A stretch of DNA of 64,000 nt. It comes from Candidatus Ozemobacteraceae bacterium. Lineage in GTDB: Bacteria > Muiribacteriota > Ozemobacteria > Ozemobacterales > Ozemobacteraceae. A program made the translations under genes and the position numbers. This document shows, one piece after another, positions 59,332 through 64,000 of the stretch (its first letter is position 1; each line of letters opens with the position of its first letter). The stretch spans positions 3,650,498 to 3,714,497 of the forward strand of contig OZ223236.1 of the NCBI GenBank assembly GCA_965140445.1, read 5' to 3'. A model generated the notes under the pieces. The model did not search any database. It had not been told where the DNA came from and saw only the letters and a program-made list of their open reading frames with translations.

Positions 59332-59919
59332 ATGCTCAAAAAACTTTGCGTAATCATAATAATGTTGACAGCTTTAATAAGCGTTGGATGCAGCAGTAAA
59401 TCAGGCGCTTTGCCAGAAGCAGTTTTCCCGGTTTCATACGTAACCCCTACAATTTCAGGACTACAGGCAACCTCCACCTCAATTTCGAAAGCAGCTGGTG
59501 GAATCATGACCATAACTTGCAACTGGACAAGTCCAGGAATTGTTTCTACAGCAACTGGCTATCTTGGATTTGTAAAAACCATATCTGACATGGACACCGA
59601 ACCCATTGGAAAAATTGGTTCGGGAACCGCCACTGTTACAGCTAGTCTTCTTTATCCATCCATTAGATTCCAAACAACAACAGACACAACTGTTGTTGCC
59701 ACGGATACTACCGCTTTTTATGAGCGCTTCAAGGAACCAATTCCAATTCCAACAAAAGTTGGAACAGATCAGCTTGAAGGCTTATGGTCAGTTGACATAC
59801 CTTTCGTAGCCGAGGATGTTAAAGATGCGCCTCTTGGAATTCACCAGATGATCTTTTATATGAAAATCAATGGTTTGAAAACCAACACTCTTTCTTTTGA
59901 AATGACTTTCGTTCCATAA
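59332..59919 (+). CDS. Lipoprotein, hypothetical
   Basis: Lipobox LISVGC. Thr-rich beta region. Confidence 0.5.
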   Translation: MLKKLCVIIIMLTALISVGCSSKSGALPEAVFPVSYVTPTISGLQATSTSISKAAGGIMTITCNWTSPGIVSTATGYLGFVKTISDMDTEPIGKIGSGTATVTASLLYPSIRFQTTTDTTVVATDTTAFYERFKEPIPIPTKVGTDQLEGLWSVDIPFVAEDVKDAPLGIHQMIFYMKINGLKTNTLSFEMTFVP

Positions 59920-60085
59920 ATTTCTAATTTGTTCTGAGATTTGTTTTTTACAAATTTAACTTTTTCAGAAATTTTCTATCTTATTCAAGAAACTATTTTT
60001 TTTAGTCTCTTTATTTATTCAAGCCACGAGCCCATTCTTACAAAAACATATTTTTTGTTTGTTATATTCTTAGAAAGCTTCTAGA

Positions 60086-62215
60086 ATGGTGCAACATCCA
60101 CAAAAAATGGAGAAAAAAATGACACAACAGGAAAAGGAATTTTTGAATATCAACCCATTGTCAGCAAGAGAAGGTTTGCCTGATTTTGCCGCAATCACAC
60201 CGGCCCATGTTATTCCAGCGATAGATGAAGCCCTTGCCTATGTAGAAGGCAAAGTAAAGGAAATTGAAAAAAACATTATACCAACCTGGGAAGGTCTACT
60301 CAAGCCGTTAGAGGACTTAGACATTTCCTTCGAATATACCTGGGGAGTAGTCTCTCATCTTTCATCAGTAAAAAACTCTGATGAAATGCGCAAAGCTTAT
60401 CAGGCTGTTCTTCCAAAAGTTGTACAAATAAGCCTCAGAATATCTCAGAGCAAGCCAATTTACAGGGGCTTGAAAGCAATCAAAGAAAGTCCAGACTTTG
60501 AGACTTTGAATGATGCAAAAAAACGAATTATCATTAAAAAGCTTAGAAGTGCTGAACATGCAGGCGTTGGACTAGAAGGTAAAGAAAAAGACAGATTCAA
60601 TGAAATTGCTAATCGAATGTCAAAACTAAGCACCGATTTTTCCAACAACGTTTTGGATGCCACCAAAGAATTTGAATTAATAATTACTGATAAAAAGGAC
60701 ACTGAAGGCTGGCCAGAAAATCTTAAGCAGTTAGCCTCTCAGCTATATTCTCAAAAGCATCCAGAAAACGCTGACAGCACTCCAGATAACGGTCCCTGGA
60801 GAATTACTCTGGATGGCCCTTGCTATGGCCCTTTTGTCCAGCATAGCCAAAACCGAGAACAAAGACAGGCCGTTTATCATGCTCAGGTAACTAAAGCAAC
60901 CAATGGAAAGTATGATAACAACCCTATCCTATTGGAAATGCTCAAGCTTAGAAAAGAAGAAGCCTCAATACTTGGTTATAAAACCTTTGCAGAACTAAGC
61001 CTGGATTCAAAAAGCGCACCAAGTGTTCAGGCTGTTTACAAAATGCTGGACGAATTGATTCCACCATCAAAGCCTGCAGCAATAAAAGATCTTGAGGATT
61101 TGCGAAAAATTGCTAAAGAATCGGGACAAACAGATGAACTTTGTCACTGGGACCTTGGTTTTTGGGCAGAACGACTGAGAGAAACAAAATTTGATTATAC
61201 AGACGAACAGTTACGACCATATTTTTCCTTAGATAGAGTTTTGGACGGCCTTTTTGGTCTTGCCAACAGACTGTTTGGAATTAAAATTGAAAAGTCTGAT
61301 AAAAAGGTTTCAAAATGGCATGAAGATATTCAGTATTTCTCAGTAAAAGAAGAAAGCGGCAAGGAAATAGCCTCATTTTTCCTGGATCCATATTCCAGGC
61401 CAGAGGAAAAACAAGGTGGAGCATGGATGAATGAATGCTTCGGAAGAAGAATAATCAACGGAAAAGTAAGAAATCCAGTAATTTATCTGGTATGCAACAG
61501 CACCCCTCCGGTTGATGGCAAGCCTTCATTAATGAGCTTTTATGAAGCCCAGACTCTTTTTCACGAATTTGGCCATGGACTTCAAGGAATGTTGTCAATT
61601 GTAGATGAAGCAGAGGCTTCAGGCGTAAATGGAGTGGAATGGGATTGCGTTGAACTTGCCAGCCAATTCATGGAAAATTGGTGCTACCACAAGAAAACTC
61701 TCTTAGGTATGGCTAAGCACTATGAAACTGGCGAAACTCTTCCTGAAGATTTATTTGAAAAGATTAAAGCTTCAAAGAACTTCCGCGCTGGAAGCACGAT
61801 GCTTCGCCAGGTAGAATTCAGTAAACTTGATATGTATCTTCACCACGAATACGATCCGAGCGGCGATGAAACGCCACTTCAAGTGTATAAGCGTTTGGCT
61901 TCAGAAATTGACGTATTCCCCATCTATGAGCATGCAAACTTCCTTTGTAGCTTTTCTCATATTTTTGCAGGGGGCTATTGTGCCGGATATTATAGTTATA
62001 AATGGGCAGAAGTTTTAAGCGCAGATGCATTTGCAGCTTTTGAAGAAGTTGGCCTTGATAATGAGGAAGAAGTAAAAAAAATGGGACGAAAATATCGTGA
62101 AACGATATTAGCACTTGGTGGAAGTAAAGATCCCAAAGAAGTATTCCGTTTGTTCCGCGGAAGAGATGCTAATACAAATGCTCTACTAAGACATTCAGGA
62201 CTCAAAACCAACTAG
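60086..62215 (+). CDS. M3 family metallopeptidase (oligopeptidase A / peptidyl-dipeptidase Dcp-like)
   Basis: Zinc motif HEFGHGLQ plus the downstream Glu. 700-aa class. Confidence 0.85.
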   Translation: MVQHPQKMEKKMTQQEKEFLNINPLSAREGLPDFAAITPAHVIPAIDEALAYVEGKVKEIEKNIIPTWEGLLKPLEDLDISFEYTWGVVSHLSSVKNSDEMRKAYQAVLPKVVQISLRISQSKPIYRGLKAIKESPDFETLNDAKKRIIIKKLRSAEHAGVGLEGKEKDRFNEIANRMSKLSTDFSNNVLDATKEFELIITDKKDTEGWPENLKQLASQLYSQKHPENADSTPDNGPWRITLDGPCYGPFVQHSQNREQRQAVYHAQVTKATNGKYDNNPILLEMLKLRKEEASILGYKTFAELSLDSKSAPSVQAVYKMLDELIPPSKPAAIKDLEDLRKIAKESGQTDELCHWDLGFWAERLRETKFDYTDEQLRPYFSLDRVLDGLFGLANRLFGIKIEKSDKKVSKWHEDIQYFSVKEESGKEIASFFLDPYSRPEEKQGGAWMNECFGRRIINGKVRNPVIYLVCNSTPPVDGKPSLMSFYEAQTLFHEFGHGLQGMLSIVDEAEASGVNGVEWDCVELASQFMENWCYHKKTLLGMAKHYETGETLPEDLFEKIKASKNFRAGSTMLRQVEFSKLDMYLHHEYDPSGDETPLQVYKRLASEIDVFPIYEHANFLCSFSHIFAGGYCAGYYSYKWAEVLSADAFAAFEEVGLDNEEEVKKMGRKYRETILALGGSKDPKEVFRLFRGRDANTNALLRHSGLKTN

Positions 62216-62301
62216 AAGCTTAAAGACTACAACTAAAGATAAAGCCCAAATTCTGGGCTTTTTCTTTTTTAGTCCATTTAAATTGCCGCTCCATTCTAAA
62301 T

Positions 62302-63129
62302 TTGTTATATTCTCTCAGTACTATTATGTTTTTCCCACTTCACGATCAGAATAATCCCCATGTAAAAATAGTTCCAATAGTAGGTTATATTATTATTGGG
62401 ATTTGCCTTTTGCTGCATGTTTATCAGGTTATTCTTGCACTTGATGACCCTTCCCAAAAAAGACTGGTACAATTTGTTTATCGTCATGCGTTAATTCCCA
62501 AAGCCTTTTTTGAGGGTGAACTGGAATATTCTATTGGAAACAGAAAAATAGATTTTTCGGAAAAAGAAACGGATGCCATAAAAAAAACCTGGCCCGAATT
62601 CAACCCCGAAAGATTTCGCCAAAAAAATGTGGTTAATAGTTCTGAACTATGGATCTGGCTAATGCCAGTAACCAATATTTTTCTTCATGGTTCCTGGCTC
62701 CACTTACTTGTAAATATATGGTTTTTTCTTATTTTTGCAGATAATGTTGAAGAGCGAATGGGAAAGCTTTTTTTCCTGTTTTTTTTCCTTTTTACAGGAG
62801 CATCAGCATCAATCGGACACGCACTTTTGAATCCTGATTCAGCAACCCCACTAGTTGGTGCTAGCGGCGCAGTGTCGGCAATTATGGGGGCTTACATTGT
62901 TATTTTTCCTGCAAATCGTATTACAACTTATTTTTGCCCGATATGGTTTTTTATAAGAAGAATAGATGTTCCAGCCTATATAGTATTAGGCATTTACCTT
63001 TTATCTAATTTACTTTCAATGGCGCAAACAAAAAGCTTCGGAGCAAGTGTTGCATTTGATTGCCATATTTTGGGTTTTTTGTCAGGAACAATAATCTCAT
63101 TAGCATTTAGGAATAAAGTCACCCAATAA
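62302..63129 (+). CDS. Rhomboid family intramembrane serine protease
   Basis: GASGAVSAIMGAY (GxSG) and a TM His (AFDCHILGFLSG). Confidence 0.75.
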   Translation: MLYSLSTIMFFPLHDQNNPHVKIVPIVGYIIIGICLLLHVYQVILALDDPSQKRLVQFVYRHALIPKAFFEGELEYSIGNRKIDFSEKETDAIKKTWPEFNPERFRQKNVVNSSELWIWLMPVTNIFLHGSWLHLLVNIWFFLIFADNVEERMGKLFFLFFFLFTGASASIGHALLNPDSATPLVGASGAVSAIMGAYIVIFPANRITTYFCPIWFFIRRIDVPAYIVLGIYLLSNLLSMAQTKSFGASVAFDCHILGFLSGTIISLAFRNKVTQ

Positions 63130-63130
63130 A

Positions 63131-63994
63131 CTAAATTCGGTGGTCACGAATCTTCATTAGAGTGTAAATTACCATGTTTAAATACACTAATGGGATTAGG
63201 CAGATCTGCGATATTGAAGCAAGCAAATTCATTGCATGCTCTCCTGAATTTCCAGGCAAGAGCGGTAAAAACATGCTAAATAATTCCATTGATGCCCCAG
63301 TCACCAAAAACATAATAAAAGTTGAGAAAGCAAAAAGCATTGCCATTTTTATCCTGTTCTGGCTATAAATTCTTTCTGCAATTAGAAAAGCATCTTGTCC
63401 AGGGATAAATATGCATAGGGGTTCAATTAATTGATATTTAAAATAATTAATTGAAAATATAAACCCGGCAACAATAACGCCCAGCAGCTTAAATATTGAT
63501 CCCAGAAACATATTATCGTCATACATTTCACCAGAACTTACAACGACACTTCCAAACAACACTCCCACAGCAGTCCAAAGTCCAAGAAAAATGTATTTCT
63601 TTACAGAGTTTTTTAAAACATAGGGAGTTTTACTGGCAACTCGCTCTGAAAATTCAGCTTCATTTATAGTACGGCCATGGATAAAGTCATCGACAAGTAG
63701 AGCCAGTAGGGTTTTCCATTCTGAGAATAATCCAAGACTGCCATAAATGAAAACTGGTGCAGCAAAAAGAGTGTAAAAACCTAACAGAGTCTTCCCTATG
63801 CGTTTAAAGAAGATAAAGAAAAAGCTAAAAATAAAGATATAGACCAGCCAAAAAATAGCTTTTTTGATCGTTTCAATGGAAAATTTCCAAACATGTTTTT
63901 GAAAAAGTCGCATGGTTACATCAAAAATTTCGCTAATAGGTGCATTTTCAGGAGGCAAAACAGAAAACTGTCCATCCGGAATATGAGCACACAT
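63131..63994 (-). CDS. Polytopic membrane protein, hypothetical (start uncertain, may extend past the window end)
   Basis: ORF with about 7 hydrophobic helices. The in-window ATG is 6 nt from the window edge. Confidence 0.4.
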   Translation of the reverse strand: MCAHIPDGQFSVLPPENAPISEIFDVTMRLFQKHVWKFSIETIKKAIFWLVYIFIFSFFFIFFKRIGKTLLGFYTLFAAPVFIYGSLGLFSEWKTLLALLVDDFIHGRTINEAEFSERVASKTPYVLKNSVKKYIFLGLWTAVGVLFGSVVVSSGEMYDDNMFLGSIFKLLGVIVAGFIFSINYFKYQLIEPLCIFIPGQDAFLIAERIYSQNRIKMAMLFAFSTFIMFLVTGASMELFSMFLPLLPGNSGEHAMNLLASISQICLIPLVYLNMVIYTLMKIRDHRI

Positions 63995-64000
63995 GCTCTG

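Overview
This is a low-GC (roughly 37-38%), densely coding bacterial chromosomal segment with about 60 genes on both strands, no rRNA/tRNA and no recognisable transposase, integrase or CRISPR array. Recognisable content includes chemotaxis genes (the 3' end of cheW plus a dCache methyl-accepting protein), a 5'-nucleotidase, two hybrid sensor kinases (one apparently lacking the phospho-acceptor His), a SulP/STAS transporter, a B12-binding radical SAM enzyme, a NodU/CmcH-type carbamoyltransferase, glutaminase, RsgA, an M3 oligopeptidase and a rhomboid protease. The ornithine fermentation pathway is present but split between two loci (oraS-oraE-GNAT-reactivase-orr-alr at 10.5-17.3 kb and ord-ortA-ortB at 45.9-48.7 kb). 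Unusual gene architectures are a HEAT-repeat::PilT ATPase fusion, a possible bacterial major-vault-protein-like protein (MVP-like repeats + SPFH + coiled coil) and a protein made of three tandem Cas4-like PD-(D/E)XK nuclease domains, each with its own Cys cluster. The most striking feature is a family of six paralogous signalling proteins between 22.3 and 44.7 kb. Their N-terminal sensor modules are all different: multi-TM, 2xPAS, a periplasmic heme-c CxxCH DUF3365-like domain, dCache+HAMP, and an unknown domain encoded next to a B12-binding protein. All six end in the same coiled-coil linker followed by a ~55-aa module L-P-x-C-x2-C-[KR]-K-I-R-x-D-x-G-x-W-x15-F-S-H-G-I-C-x2-C with an acidic tail. 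This module looks like an undescribed zinc-ribbon-type output domain standing in for kinase, MCP or GGDEF outputs. I could not run searches, so its novelty is inferred from my own domain recognition.
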